From the sequence record PZ179883.1: a stretch of DNA of 64,000 bases; one strand, given 5' to 3'. Both the position numbers and the translations under genes were made by a program. The notes beneath the pieces are model-generated. The model saw nothing but the letters and a program-made list of their open reading frames with translations, was not told the origin of the DNA and ran no database searches. This stretch comes from a phage. Positions within the stretch are counted from its first letter, which is position 1; each line of letters opens with the position of its first letter. Below are positions 13,890 through 23,228 of the stretch, piece after piece.

Positions 13890-14091
13890 TTTTCACCTTC
13901 TTATTAATATGTCTTTTTCTATAGACGACTTTTTCTCGAGTTTCAAATTTATTTTTAGCAGTCATAGCTCGAGCCCATAATACAGCCACTTCCTTTGCCT
14001 GTAAGTTCAATTCACGAGCAATTTCAATGAATGACTTTCCAGACTCATGGAGTGTAAACACCACAACCTCAGTTCTCATAATCAATCTCAT
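13876..14091 (-). CDS. hypothetical protein (24.3 position)
   Basis: 71-aa ORF overlapping the preceding ORF. Confidence 0.65.
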   Translation of the reverse strand: MRLIMRTEVVVFTLHESGKSFIEIARELNLQAKEVAVLWARAMTAKNKFETREKVVYRKRHINKKVKNGTV

Positions 14092-14144
14092 GTTATCGAG
14101 TTGATGCCATTATATACATCGTTTTCTGATTGTGTTTTGTGTGC

Positions 14145-14173
14145 TTTCAAAATGAAGAAAGGGGCCGAAGCCC
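14145..14173 (-). terminator. terminator after hoc (minus strand)
   Basis: GGGGCUUCGGCCCC hairpin followed by UUUCUUC on the minus strand. Confidence 0.6.
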
Positions 14174-14179
14174 CTGAGA

Positions 14180-15598
14180 TTATGGATAGGTATAGATGAT
14201 ACCAGTTTCTAAAGCAGTTTTATGAATGATGTATCCATTACGCGATTCTTGAACATCAACTTCTGGATAGTCTTTCATCATCTTCTGAAGAGTGTAACGA
14301 TGCAGGTAGTATTTACTGTCTGGATCTTCAGTTTTCCAATCTTTACCTTCTTCAGTCATTTTTTGGATTTCATCCATAACCCACCAACCGCACCAGATAT
14401 AAGCTGAGCTACGATGTGGAAGAGGATGAACATAAGGTAATTCACCTTCTGGTTCCGGAGCAACTTTATCAGTCACTTGAACTTGACCTGTGGCTTTAAC
14501 TGTTTTACTATCATAGTCAGTTGCTGTAACGACAGCAGTAACTTCAATAGTTTGACTTCCAATAGATGAGGTATCAACAGTATATACGTTAGTTGACCCT
14601 TCTACAGGAGAAGAATCTTTCTTCCATGAGTAAGTAATTTGTGCTGCTTCAGGTGCGCCAGTAACATTAGCAGTAAATGTAGCCGAAGCATCTTGCTGAA
14701 CATTAATAGAAGGAGGAGTCAATGTAACCTGTGGATTCATTGTCTTCTTATTAACCGTTAATGATACTTCATTAGAAGTAACTGTTTTTGCGTCGTAATC
14801 CGTTGCTGTTACTTGGGCTATACATTTAATTTTTTTAACTCCAGCCACAGTTGGAGTATAGTTAAATGTAGAGTTAGTTTCTCCACCGACTTGTGAATCA
14901 TCTACATACCACTGATACGTAGCAGACGCTCCATCAGGTTGAGAAGCTAATGCAGCAGTAAATTGAACCGGGTTTCCAATTACTCCAGCAGCAGGACTAG
15001 CAGGAGTTACTGCCAAGGTAGTTGTCTGCGTCTTTTTATTAACCGTTAATGATACTTCATTAGAAGTAACTTCCTTTGCATCATAATCTGTCGCGGTTAC
15101 TTGAGCTACACACTTAATTGTTTTAACTCCGCTTGTGGAAGGAGTGTAATTGAATGTAGCAGAAGTTGCTTCGCTCACAGGAGAACCGTCAACGTACCAT
15201 TGATACGTAGCAGATGCACCTGGTGGCTGTGAAGCTAAGGCAGCGGTAAATTCAATTGGAGTTCCAATCACTCCAGCATCAGGGCTACCAGGAGTTACAG
15301 CTAAGGTAGTTGTCTGTGTCTTATTTTGAACTGTGATAGTTGTACTAATTTCAGCTGTTTCAGCATCAGTATCTGGAACTGTGTTTGTTGCAACTACTTT
15401 AATAGTCTTTTGACCGGCAGGTCCTTTTAGTACATAACTAAAAGTTGCTTCAGCTCCATCTTGTGGAACATCATCTACAGTCCAAGCATAGGTAATAGTT
15501 CCACCTCCAGTTTCACCACTGGGTGTAGCAGTAAACTGCTGAGTCTGATCTATAACTCCAGTAGGTGTTTTAGGAGTTATATCAACTGTAAAAGCCAT
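14180..15598 (-). CDS. hoc: Hoc outer capsid decoration protein with an extra Ig-like domain
   Basis: 472 aa against 376 aa recalled for T4 Hoc; N- and C-termini match T4; internal 96-aa domain present twice in tandem. Confidence 0.93.
   Translation of the reverse strand: MAFTVDITPKTPTGVIDQTQQFTATPSGETGGGTITYAWTVDDVPQDGAEATFSYVLKGPAGQKTIKVVATNTVPDTDAETAEISTTITVQNKTQTTTLAVTPGSPDAGVIGTPIEFTAALASQPPGASATYQWYVDGSPVSEATSATFNYTPSTSGVKTIKCVAQVTATDYDAKEVTSNEVSLTVNKKTQTTTLAVTPASPAAGVIGNPVQFTAALASQPDGASATYQWYVDDSQVGGETNSTFNYTPTVAGVKKIKCIAQVTATDYDAKTVTSNEVSLTVNKKTMNPQVTLTPPSINVQQDASATFTANVTGAPEAAQITYSWKKDSSPVEGSTNVYTVDTSSIGSQTIEVTAVVTATDYDSKTVKATGQVQVTDKVAPEPEGELPYVHPLPHRSSAYIWCGWWVMDEIQKMTEEGKDWKTEDPDSKYYLHRYTLQKMMKDYPEVDVQESRNGYIIHKTALETGIIYTYP
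14747..15322 (-). repeat. tandem direct repeat, 2 x 288 bp, inside hoc
   Basis: Two consecutive highly similar 288-bp units encoding residues 93-188 and 189-284. Confidence 0.85.
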
Positions 15599-15607
15599 AA
15601 GTTATCC

Positions 15608-16288
15608 TTATTTTAATGTTACGAAAGAAGAATTGCGTGTTTCACGAATTAGAACTGATCCGTCACGATTAATGTAGTAAATTAAGCTAAATAAAGTTTG
15701 GTGTGCCGACGCGTGTTCAAAACTAGTTGGGTGAGATTTCCAATCCGGAGTTTCAGCGATCCATTGATAAATCCACCAAGGAACCGTGCAAAATCCTGGA
15801 TTTTTTCCAATCAGCTGAAGATTCGGACTAAAGTTTTCCGGAAGAGTAAATACAGACGGCTTTTCAGATTCAATAATCTCAGCTACAGCCTGTTCGAATT
15901 TTTCTTCAACAAAAGGAGTATCTTCAATCAAAACATTGGTATTTTCAGGAATTTTATCCGTTTCTACTACTTCAATTTTAATGTCAGATTTAACCGGAGA
16001 ATCAATCAGAAGTGCTGCTTCTGGATTGACTTCTTCATCGTCATATTTTAACCCCTCTGCAGCATCAGCAGCATTGATTAAGTCTTTAATAGATAACCCA
16101 TCAGTCTCTGGCATAGGTTCACTAGCGAGCTTCTGGAGGGCTTCTTCAATATCAATAACGATATTATCAAAAGATTTATTCTTTTTGACCTTTATACCAA
16201 ACTGTTCAGCATATTCAGCTAATTTAGCCTTAGCTTCTTTATTATCATCAAGAGCCTTCAGCTCTGCAATATAATCTTTATCTATCAT
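15608..16288 (-). CDS. inh: inhibitor of prohead protease
   Basis: 226 aa, matches T4 Inh. Confidence 0.93.
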   Translation of the reverse strand: MIDKDYIAELKALDDNKEAKAKLAEYAEQFGIKVKKNKSFDNIVIDIEEALQKLASEPMPETDGLSIKDLINAADAAEGLKYDDEEVNPEAALLIDSPVKSDIKIEVVETDKIPENTNVLIEDTPFVEEKFEQAVAEIIESEKPSVFTLPENFSPNLQLIGKNPGFCTVPWWIYQWIAETPDWKSHPTSFEHASAHQTLFSLIYYINRDGSVLIRETRNSSFVTLK

Positions 16289-16301
16289 AATATTTCCTCA
16301 G

Positions 16302-16309
16302 TATAAATA
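16302..16309 (+). promoter_or_regulatory. late promoter TATAAATA upstream of uvsW
   Basis: Exact TATAAATA 29 nt upstream of ATG. Confidence 0.65.
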
Positions 16310-16338
16310 TAGATATATTTATTACATGGTATTTAGAC

Positions 16339-17850
16339 ATGACTGACATTAAAGTACATTTTTATGATTTTAGTCACGTGAGAATTGATTGTGAAGAAAG
16401 TACATTTCATGAACTCCGTGATTTCTTTAGCTTTGAAGCTGACGGGTATCGTTTTAATCCTCGCTTCAGATATGGCAACTGGGATGGACGAATCCGTCTT
16501 TTAGATTATAATCGCCTTCTTCCATTCGGCTTAGTCGGGCAAATTAAAAAGTTCTGTGATAATTTTGGCTATAAAGCCTGGATTGACCCACAAATTAACG
16601 AAAAAGAAGAATTATCAAGAAAAGATTTTGATGAATGGCTTTCTAAATTAGAAATCTATTCAGGAAATAAAAGAATTGAACCACACTGGTATCAAAAAGA
16701 TGCAGTGTTCGAAGGATTAGTTAATCGTCGTAGAATTCTTAATCTTCCAACATCCGCAGGTAAATCTTTAATTCAAGCTTTGCTTGCACGTTATTATTTG
16801 GAAAATTATGAAGGTAAAATTCTTATCATTGTTCCAACAACTGCTCTGACAACTCAGATGGCTGATGACTTTGTTGACTATCGTTTATTCAGTCATGCAA
16901 TGATAAAGAAAATCGGTGGTGGAGCATCAAAAGATGATAAATATAAAAATGATGCACCGGTAATTGTTGGTACATGGCAAACTGTAGTAAAACAACCAAA
17001 AGAATGGTTCTCACAGTTTGGAATGATGATGAATGATGAATGCCATCTTGCCACAGGAAAAAGTATTTCATCTATCATATCAGGTTTAAATAACTGCATG
17101 TTCAAATTTGGTCTATCGGGTTCATTGCGTGATGGCAAAGCTAATATCATGCAGTATGTTGGAATGTTTGGTGAAATATTTAAGCCAGTAACGACTTCTA
17201 AATTAATGGAAGATGGACAAGTAACTGAGTTAAAAATTAATAGTATTTTTCTTCGCTATCCTGATGAGTTCACTACTAAATTAAAGGGAAAAACTTACCA
17301 AGAAGAAATAAAAATTATTACTGGGCTCAGTAAAAGAAATAAATGGATCGCTAAATTAGCTATTAAACTTGCACAAAAAGATGAAAACGCTTTTGTCATG
17401 TTTAAACATGTATCACATGGTAAAGCTATTTTCGATTTAATTAAAAATGAATACGATAAAGTTTATTACGTATCAGGGGAAGTTGATACCGAAACCCGCA
17501 ATATAATGAAAACCTTAGCTGAAAATGGTAAAGGAATAATTATAGTAGCTAGTTATGGTGTATTTTCTACTGGTATTTCAGTTAAAAATCTGCATCACGT
17601 TGTTTTAGCGCACGGTGTTAAATCAAAAATCATTGTATTACAAACAATCGGTCGTGTATTACGTAAGCATGGTTCTAAAACAATCGCAACGGTCTGGGAC
17701 CTCATAGATGACGCGGGCGTAGTTTCTAAATCAAAAACATCTTCTAAAAAATACTCGCATTTAAACTATCTTTTAAAACATGGACTTGATCGTATTCAGC
17801 GTTATGCTGATGAGAAGTTTAATTATGTGATGAAAGAGGTTAAACTTTGA
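16339..17850 (+). CDS. uvsW: UvsW DNA/RNA helicase
   Basis: 503 aa; helicase motifs (GKS Walker A, DECH); matches T4 UvsW. Confidence 0.96.
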   Translation: MTDIKVHFYDFSHVRIDCEESTFHELRDFFSFEADGYRFNPRFRYGNWDGRIRLLDYNRLLPFGLVGQIKKFCDNFGYKAWIDPQINEKEELSRKDFDEWLSKLEIYSGNKRIEPHWYQKDAVFEGLVNRRRILNLPTSAGKSLIQALLARYYLENYEGKILIIVPTTALTTQMADDFVDYRLFSHAMIKKIGGGASKDDKYKNDAPVIVGTWQTVVKQPKEWFSQFGMMMNDECHLATGKSISSIISGLNNCMFKFGLSGSLRDGKANIMQYVGMFGEIFKPVTTSKLMEDGQVTELKINSIFLRYPDEFTTKLKGKTYQEEIKIITGLSKRNKWIAKLAIKLAQKDENAFVMFKHVSHGKAIFDLIKNEYDKVYYVSGEVDTETRNIMKTLAENGKGIIIVASYGVFSTGISVKNLHHVVLAHGVKSKIIVLQTIGRVLRKHGSKTIATVWDLIDDAGVVSKSKTSSKKYSHLNYLLKHGLDRIQRYADEKFNYVMKEVKL

Positions 17851-18539
17851 ATTATAAATTAATATACGATAATTTAATTAATAGAGCCCAGAATCGGGCT
17901 CGCCTTAATGGATACACTGAAACTCATCATATAATTCCTAGATGTATGGGCGGTACAGATGATAAGTGTAATTTGGTAGAACTAACAGCTGAAGAGCATT
18001 TTATAGCTCATAAACTTTTAGCTAAAATTCATCCAAACCATTACGGTATAATTAAAGCCGTTATATGTATGGGGATGAATTCAAAGACTCATGAAAGACA
18101 CGTTAATAAATCTTACGCCTGGGAACGTCGTAAAATGGCAGAACTTCAATCAGGTGAAGGTAATCCATTTTACGGAAAACACCATACGGAAGAACATAAA
18201 CAATATATGTCAAAACTCATGAAAAATCGTCCAATTACGTGGGGAAGTAAAATTAGTAAAACTAAAAGAATGAACCCAACAAAATGGACTGAAGAAGCTA
18301 AAAGATTGCATTCTATCAATCAATCAGGTAAAAATAATGGCATGTATGGAAGGAAACATTCCGCTAAATCTATTCAGAAAATTAAAGATAACATGCCAGA
18401 TAATTCAGGAGCTAATAACCCAGCTGCTAAACCTATAGAAGTAAATGGTGTTAAGTATAAATGCATGAAAGATGCTTCTAAAGCTACTGGATTATCAATG
18501 TACAAACTAAGAATACTTAGAAAAACAGTTAATTTATAA
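17847..18539 (+). CDS. HNH homing endonuclease with NUMOD-like repeats and C-terminal helix-turn-helix
   Basis: TTG start overlapping the uvsW TGA (TTGA) with AAGAGG RBS 7 nt upstream; ETHHIIPR...GG...N...EEHFIAH HNH motif; three GxxNPxxGKxHxxxxK-type repeats; C-terminal HTH-like segment. Confidence 0.8.
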   Translation: MNYKLIYDNLINRAQNRARLNGYTETHHIIPRCMGGTDDKCNLVELTAEEHFIAHKLLAKIHPNHYGIIKAVICMGMNSKTHERHVNKSYAWERRKMAELQSGEGNPFYGKHHTEEHKQYMSKLMKNRPITWGSKISKTKRMNPTKWTEEAKRLHSINQSGKNNGMYGRKHSAKSIQKIKDNMPDNSGANNPAAKPIEVNGVKYKCMKDASKATGLSMYKLRILRKTVNL

Positions 18540-18540
18540 G

Positions 18541-18552
18541 GGCTTCGGCCCT
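18541..18552 (+). terminator. GGGCUUCGGCCC hairpin after the HNH gene
   Basis: UUCG-loop hairpin followed by TTT. Confidence 0.4.
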
Positions 18553-18564
18553 TTGGAGAAAAAG

Positions 18565-18795
18565 ATGTTACTAGAATTTAAACAATTTCTTTATGAAGCT
18601 TCTATTGATGAATTTATGGGTAAAATTGCCTCTTGTCAAACATTAGAAGGTCTAGAAGAACTTGAAGCTTATTATAAGAAAAGAGTTAAAGAAACTGAAT
18701 TAAAAGATACTGATGACATCTCTGTGAGAGATGCTTTGGCAGGAAAAAGAGCTGAATTAGAAGATTCAGACGATGAAGTAGAAGAAAGCTTTTAA
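18565..18795 (+). CDS. uvsW.1: UvsW.1 small acidic protein
   Basis: 76 aa from MLLEFKQF after GGAG RBS; matches T4 UvsW.1. Confidence 0.85.
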   Translation: MLLEFKQFLYEASIDEFMGKIASCQTLEGLEELEAYYKKRVKETELKDTDDISVRDALAGKRAELEDSDDEVEESF

Positions 18796-18850
18796 ATTAA
18801 AAAAGGCCCAACCAAAAAGGAAGGGCCAAAACTATAGACTAAAGGTCACA

Positions 18851-19018
18851 CTATAGCAAAAGTTGCGTTTCATTTAATTGTTCTTCCGAACTTTCTGAAA
18901 CTGGTAGTTCTTTAATGTAATTATAGCAAGGCCCAGGATGTACAGGACCTTTGTCTGTTTCAACAACCAATGCAGAATCGATTGGAGTTTTACAGACAAC
19001 ACAAATCTTATCTGACAT
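18851..19018 (-). CDS. uvsY.-2: UvsY.-2 small cysteine-containing protein
   Basis: 55-aa ORF translated by hand (MSDKICVVCKTPIDS...), GAGGAG RBS; below the ORF-track size cutoff. Confidence 0.75.
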   Translation of the reverse strand: MSDKICVVCKTPIDSALVVETDKGPVHPGPCYNYIKELPVSESSEEQLNETQLLL

Positions 19019-19043
19019 GATTGTCTCCTCTAAATTATATATC

Positions 19044-19051
19044 TATTTATA
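19044..19051 (-). promoter_or_regulatory. late promoter TATAAATA (minus strand) upstream of uvsY.-2
   Basis: Exact TATAAATA on the minus strand. Confidence 0.55.
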
Positions 19052-19271
19052 TAACTCTCATATGCATATCAATGCCCATATCTTTAGAATAAAAATATTC
19101 ATCAAGATATCCAGCAAATTTTCCTTTAATATAAAGTACATCTTCACCGCATGGGTGGTCGGCCAGGATACGAATATCCTGACGCTTGAGATTATACTTT
19201 TTCATTAAGAATTGAATTTCCGTTTCAAATTCTTCTTCATAATTAAAAGCATCATCAATGCTATATTTCAT
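19047..19271 (-). CDS. uvsY.-1: UvsY.-1
   Basis: 74 aa, position conserved. Confidence 0.8.
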   Translation of the reverse strand: MKYSIDDAFNYEEEFETEIQFLMKKYNLKRQDIRILADHPCGEDVLYIKGKFAGYLDEYFYSKDMGIDMHMRVI

Positions 19272-19684
19272 TATTTTCCAGCCTCAAATGCTCGCATGTC
19301 TTGAATATGCTTAATAGCAAATCCACGTGATTTAATAGCATCAAGAGCTCCGCTACAGAAATCCAATAAAATTCCCCAATATTGCAATGAAGTATCAACT
19401 TTTAAAACATCCTTATCAGCTGATAGAACTGTCTTCATTTCTGATTTCTCATAACGGTCCATACTAAATTCATCACCATCTCCTCGTCCCGAGTAGTAGT
19501 CTAATTTAGCTTTAAGAGCAACTTTTTTCTGTGCTTCAATTCTAAGCATTTCCTTTTTAATACTTGAATGCTTATTAAGCCATTTACTATATAACATCAC
19601 ATTATTAGCTGCTTCATACTGTAATTTAGTCGAATCTATAAACACATCTTTCTTCAATTCTTCTTGAAGATCTTCTAATTTCAT
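19271..19684 (-). CDS. uvsY: UvsY recombination mediator
   Basis: 137 aa, matches T4 UvsY. Confidence 0.96.
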   Translation of the reverse strand: MKLEDLQEELKKDVFIDSTKLQYEAANNVMLYSKWLNKHSSIKKEMLRIEAQKKVALKAKLDYYSGRGDGDEFSMDRYEKSEMKTVLSADKDVLKVDTSLQYWGILLDFCSGALDAIKSRGFAIKHIQDMRAFEAGK

Positions 19685-19724
19685 ATTGTTCTCTATTCAA
19701 TTGTTATTGGATGGACTTAGATTC

Positions 19725-19752
19725 ATTATACCACGTTTATACGTGAAGCATT
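19725..19752 (-). promoter_or_regulatory. MotA-dependent middle promoter of uvsY
   Basis: Minus strand AATGCTTCA (MotA box) then 13 nt then TATAAT. Confidence 0.7.
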
Positions 19753-20149
19753 ATACTCTGTTACTGGAAGCCAGTTGTAGTTTTATCTGCTCAATATCAT
19801 CAGGATTATCGATGACCGAAAAGCGTATTTCTACTATCAGAGTATAATCATCATAAACTGGTATTACATTAACTGCTAATTTATCAATACGTGGCTCGTA
19901 GTTTCTTACTGCGCTTTCAATGTTACGCTCAACGGTATCAGCAGTAAGAGGAGTCATATTCTCAAAAAGCTGGTCAGATAAATCACATCCAAATTCCGGG
20001 TCAAATGGTCTCGACCCTTTTCTGGTTGTAATAATTCCCAAAAGGCTATTTTTAATTGACCTTAATCCAAGGGATCTAGAAACATCTTTGTCCCAATCCA
20101 TTTTCATTTCTGGGTCAATGTCAGAATAAAGCTTATTAATATTTGCCAT
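19751..20149 (-). CDS. 25: baseplate wedge protein
   Basis: 132 aa, matches T4 gp25. Confidence 0.96.
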   Translation of the reverse strand: MANINKLYSDIDPEMKMDWDKDVSRSLGLRSIKNSLLGIITTRKGSRPFDPEFGCDLSDQLFENMTPLTADTVERNIESAVRNYEPRIDKLAVNVIPVYDDYTLIVEIRFSVIDNPDDIEQIKLQLASSNRV

Positions 20150-20775
20150 TACAATAGCTCAAAGAATTCTTTGAGTCCTCTTATTACATGAGCGTGAGTT
20201 TTTCCACACTCTGGACATTTAATTGGAACAGCCAAATAAACAGTAGGCTTTAAAAGCATATCTTTTATAGCTACAATATCTGACTCTGTGATGATAGAAT
20301 ATAAATCTTCCAACTCTTTTTCATTTAAGTCTTCAATTGGAATGCTTTCTCCGTTAGCATGAATCGTTTCTATGCATGATACTATCATGTGGGCTATATT
20401 TTTATCATCAAAAATTTTAGGGTAATGGAACTTAATTTTAATGTCACCCAGTGTATACCAGAGGTCTTCTGGTGCATCTATTTGTGTATGTAATAGATTT
20501 ATATGGGTTGGTATTTCAGTTCCACAGGTGCACTTCCAGGAGTTTTCGTGATTAACTTCTCCAAGAGAATGCGCCCATAAATGAATCAGCAGTAGTTCTG
20601 ATTCTTGGCGGTTTAAATCTTTTGCATTTGTACAGTCTTTGATTAGCTTTTTAACGATCTCTTCTACTGAACCGTTCTTTTTAGCAGTAATAAGTTCTAG
20701 ATATTCTTTAAGAGTAAATGCGCGACAGTTGATTATTTTAGAACCAACTCTCACATCAAATTTGTATTCATACAT
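20149..20775 (-). CDS. 26: baseplate hub subunit
   Basis: 208 aa, matches T4 gp26. Confidence 0.95.
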   Translation of the reverse strand: MYEYKFDVRVGSKIINCRAFTLKEYLELITAKKNGSVEEIVKKLIKDCTNAKDLNRQESELLLIHLWAHSLGEVNHENSWKCTCGTEIPTHINLLHTQIDAPEDLWYTLGDIKIKFHYPKIFDDKNIAHMIVSCIETIHANGESIPIEDLNEKELEDLYSIITESDIVAIKDMLLKPTVYLAVPIKCPECGKTHAHVIRGLKEFFELL

Positions 20776-20797
20776 ATTTAGCTCCTTTATTTATCAT

Positions 20798-20809
20798 ATT
20801 TATAAATAG
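20798..20809. promoter_or_regulatory. overlapping divergent late promoters (TATTTATAAATA) for gene 26 (minus) and gene 51 (plus)
   Basis: TATAAATA present on both strands within one 12-nt near-palindrome. Confidence 0.6.
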
Positions 20810-20825
20810 AATAAAAGGAGCATCT

Positions 20826-21575
20826 ATGGCAAACATTATTCGTTGTAAATTACCAGATGGTGTTCATCGTTTTAAACCATTTACGGTAGAAGATTATCGA
20901 GATTTTTTGTTAGTTCGAAACGATATAGAACATCGGTCACCACAAGAACAAAAAGAAATAATTGCTGATTTAATTGCCGATTATTTTGGAGACTATCCGA
21001 AGACTTGGCAACCATTTATATTTTTGCAGGTATTTGTAGGGTCAATAGGTAAAACTAAAGTACCGGTCACATTTGTATGTCCAAAATGTAAAAAAGAAAA
21101 GACAGTTCCATTTGAAATATATCAAAAAGAATTAAAGGAACCTGTTTTTGATGTAGCTAATGTTAAAATTAAATTAAAGTTTCCTTCTGAGTTTTATGAA
21201 AATAAAGCAAAGATGATTACTGAAAATATTCATTCTGTTCAAGTAGATGAAACATGGTATGATTGGAAGGAAATTAGCGAATCAAGTCAAATAGAACTTG
21301 TTGATGCCATCGAGATAGAAACATTAGAAAAAATTCTCGATGCAATGAATCCTATTAATTTAACATTGCATATGTCGTGTTGTAATAAGTATGTAAAAAA
21401 ATACACTGATATAGTAGATGTATTTAAGCTATTAGTTAACCCAGATGAAATATTTACTTTTTATCAAATTAATCACACACTCGTAAAAAGTAATTATAGT
21501 TTAAATTCAATAATGAAAATGATTCCTGCCGAGCGCGGATTCGTATTAAAATTGATTGAGAAGGATAAACAATAA
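20826..21575 (+). CDS. 51: baseplate hub assembly catalyst
   Basis: 249 aa, matches T4 gp51. Confidence 0.95.
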   Translation: MANIIRCKLPDGVHRFKPFTVEDYRDFLLVRNDIEHRSPQEQKEIIADLIADYFGDYPKTWQPFIFLQVFVGSIGKTKVPVTFVCPKCKKEKTVPFEIYQKELKEPVFDVANVKIKLKFPSEFYENKAKMITENIHSVQVDETWYDWKEISESSQIELVDAIEIETLEKILDAMNPINLTLHMSCCNKYVKKYTDIVDVFKLLVNPDEIFTFYQINHTLVKSNYSLNSIMKMIPAERGFVLKLIEKDKQ

Positions 21576-22750
21576 TGAGTATGTTGCAACGCCCAGGATA
21601 TCCAAATCTCAGCGTTAAATTATTTGATAGCTACGACGCTTGGAGTAATAATAGATTTGTTGAATTAGCTGCTACTATTACCACATTAACTATGCGGGAT
21701 TCTCTTTATGGCCGAAATGAAGGAATGCTGCAGTTTTATGATTCTAAAAATATCCATACAAAAATGGATGGAAATGAAATAATTCAGATTTCTGTAGCTA
21801 ATGCAAACGATATTAATAATGTTAAAACACGAATTTATGGATGTAAGCATTTTTCCGTGTCAGTAGATTCAAAGGGTGATAACATCATTGCTATTGAATT
21901 GGGAACTATTCATTCTATAGAAAATCTTAAATTTGGCAGACCGTTTTTCCCTGATGCAGGTGAATCTATAAAGGAAATGCTTGGCGTCATTTATCAAGAT
22001 CGCACATTATTAACTCCAGCGATAAATGCTATAAATGCTTATGTTCCTGATATTCCGTGGACTAGTACATTTGAAAACTATTTGTCATATGTCAGAGAAG
22101 TTGCTCTAGCTGTAGGAAGTGACAAATTTGTGTTTGTGTGGCAAGACATCATGGGAGTTAACATGATGGACTATGATATGATGATAAATCAAGAACCATA
22201 TCCAATGATTGTCGGTGAGCCATCTTTAATAGGTCAATTCATCCAAGAATTAAAATATCCATTAGCATATGATTTCGTTTGGTTGACTAAATCGAATCCT
22301 CACAAACGTGACCCAATGAAAAATGCTACTATCTATGCACATTCATTTTTGGATTCTTCATTGCCAATGATTACTACAGGAAAGGGTGAAAACTCTATTG
22401 TAGTGTCAAGGTCAGGTGCTTATTCTGAAATGACTTATAGGAATGGATATGAAGAAGCTATTCGTCTTCAAACTATGGCACAATACGATGGCTATGCTAA
22501 ATGTTCTACTGTCGGTAATTTTAACTTGACTCCTGGCGTTAAAATTATTTTTAATGATAGTAAAAACCAATTTAAAACAGAATTTTACGTTGATGAAGTT
22601 ATCCATGAATTATCCAATAATAATTCAGTAACACATCTATATATGTTCACTAATGCAACGAAACTGGAAACAATAGACCCAGTTAAGGTTAAAAATGAAT
22701 TTAAATCTGATACTACCACTGAAGAAAGTAGTTCTTCCAATAAGCAATAA
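21575..22750 (+). CDS. 27: baseplate hub subunit
   Basis: 391 aa, matches T4 gp27. Confidence 0.96.
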   Translation: MSMLQRPGYPNLSVKLFDSYDAWSNNRFVELAATITTLTMRDSLYGRNEGMLQFYDSKNIHTKMDGNEIIQISVANANDINNVKTRIYGCKHFSVSVDSKGDNIIAIELGTIHSIENLKFGRPFFPDAGESIKEMLGVIYQDRTLLTPAINAINAYVPDIPWTSTFENYLSYVREVALAVGSDKFVFVWQDIMGVNMMDYDMMINQEPYPMIVGEPSLIGQFIQELKYPLAYDFVWLTKSNPHKRDPMKNATIYAHSFLDSSLPMITTGKGENSIVVSRSGAYSEMTYRNGYEEAIRLQTMAQYDGYAKCSTVGNFNLTPGVKIIFNDSKNQFKTEFYVDEVIHELSNNNSVTHLYMFTNATKLETIDPVKVKNEFKSDTTTEESSSSNKQ

Positions 22751-23228
22751 AGAAGTTTCTATTCCTAAAATGGGTCTTAAACACTATAACATTTTAAAAG
22801 ATGTTAAAGGTCCTGATGAAAATTTAAAACTTCTTATTGATTCTATTTGTCCGAATTTATCACCGGCAGAAGTTGATTTCGTTTCTATTCATTTATTGGA
22901 ATTTAATGGAAAGATTAAATCTCGTAAAGAAATAGATGGTTATACTTATGACATTAATGATGTTTATGTATGCCAAAGATTGGAATTTCAATACCAAGGA
23001 AATACATTTTATTTTAGACCGCCTGGAAAATTTGAACAATTTTTAACTGTGAGCGATATGTTATCCAAATGCTTGCTTAAGGTCAATGATGAAGTTAAAG
23101 AAATTAATTTTCTTGAGATGCCAGCATTCGTTTTAAAATGGGCAAATGATATTTTTACAACTTTAGCAATTCCTGGCCCTAATGGTCCAATAACCGGAAT
23201 TGGCAATATTATTGGATTATTTGAATGA
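22695..23228 (+). CDS. 28: baseplate hub distal subunit
   Basis: 177 aa; overlaps gene 27 by 56 nt. Confidence 0.93.
   Translation: MNLNLILPLKKVVLPISNKEVSIPKMGLKHYNILKDVKGPDENLKLLIDSICPNLSPAEVDFVSIHLLEFNGKIKSRKEIDGYTYDINDVYVCQRLEFQYQGNTFYFRPPGKFEQFLTVSDMLSKCLLKVNDEVKEINFLEMPAFVLKWANDIFTTLAIPGPNGPITGIGNIIGLFE

Noticed and set aside
14747-15322. Possibility that the 288-bp direct repeats represent a CRISPR-like or satellite array
   Set aside because: There are only two units, they are in-frame coding sequence of hoc, and there are no short spacers or repeat-spacer periodicity.
18951-19208. 85-aa plus-strand ORF
   Set aside because: It overlaps uvsY.-2 and uvsY.-1 on the minus strand, which have RBS and promoter support; no RBS on plus strand.
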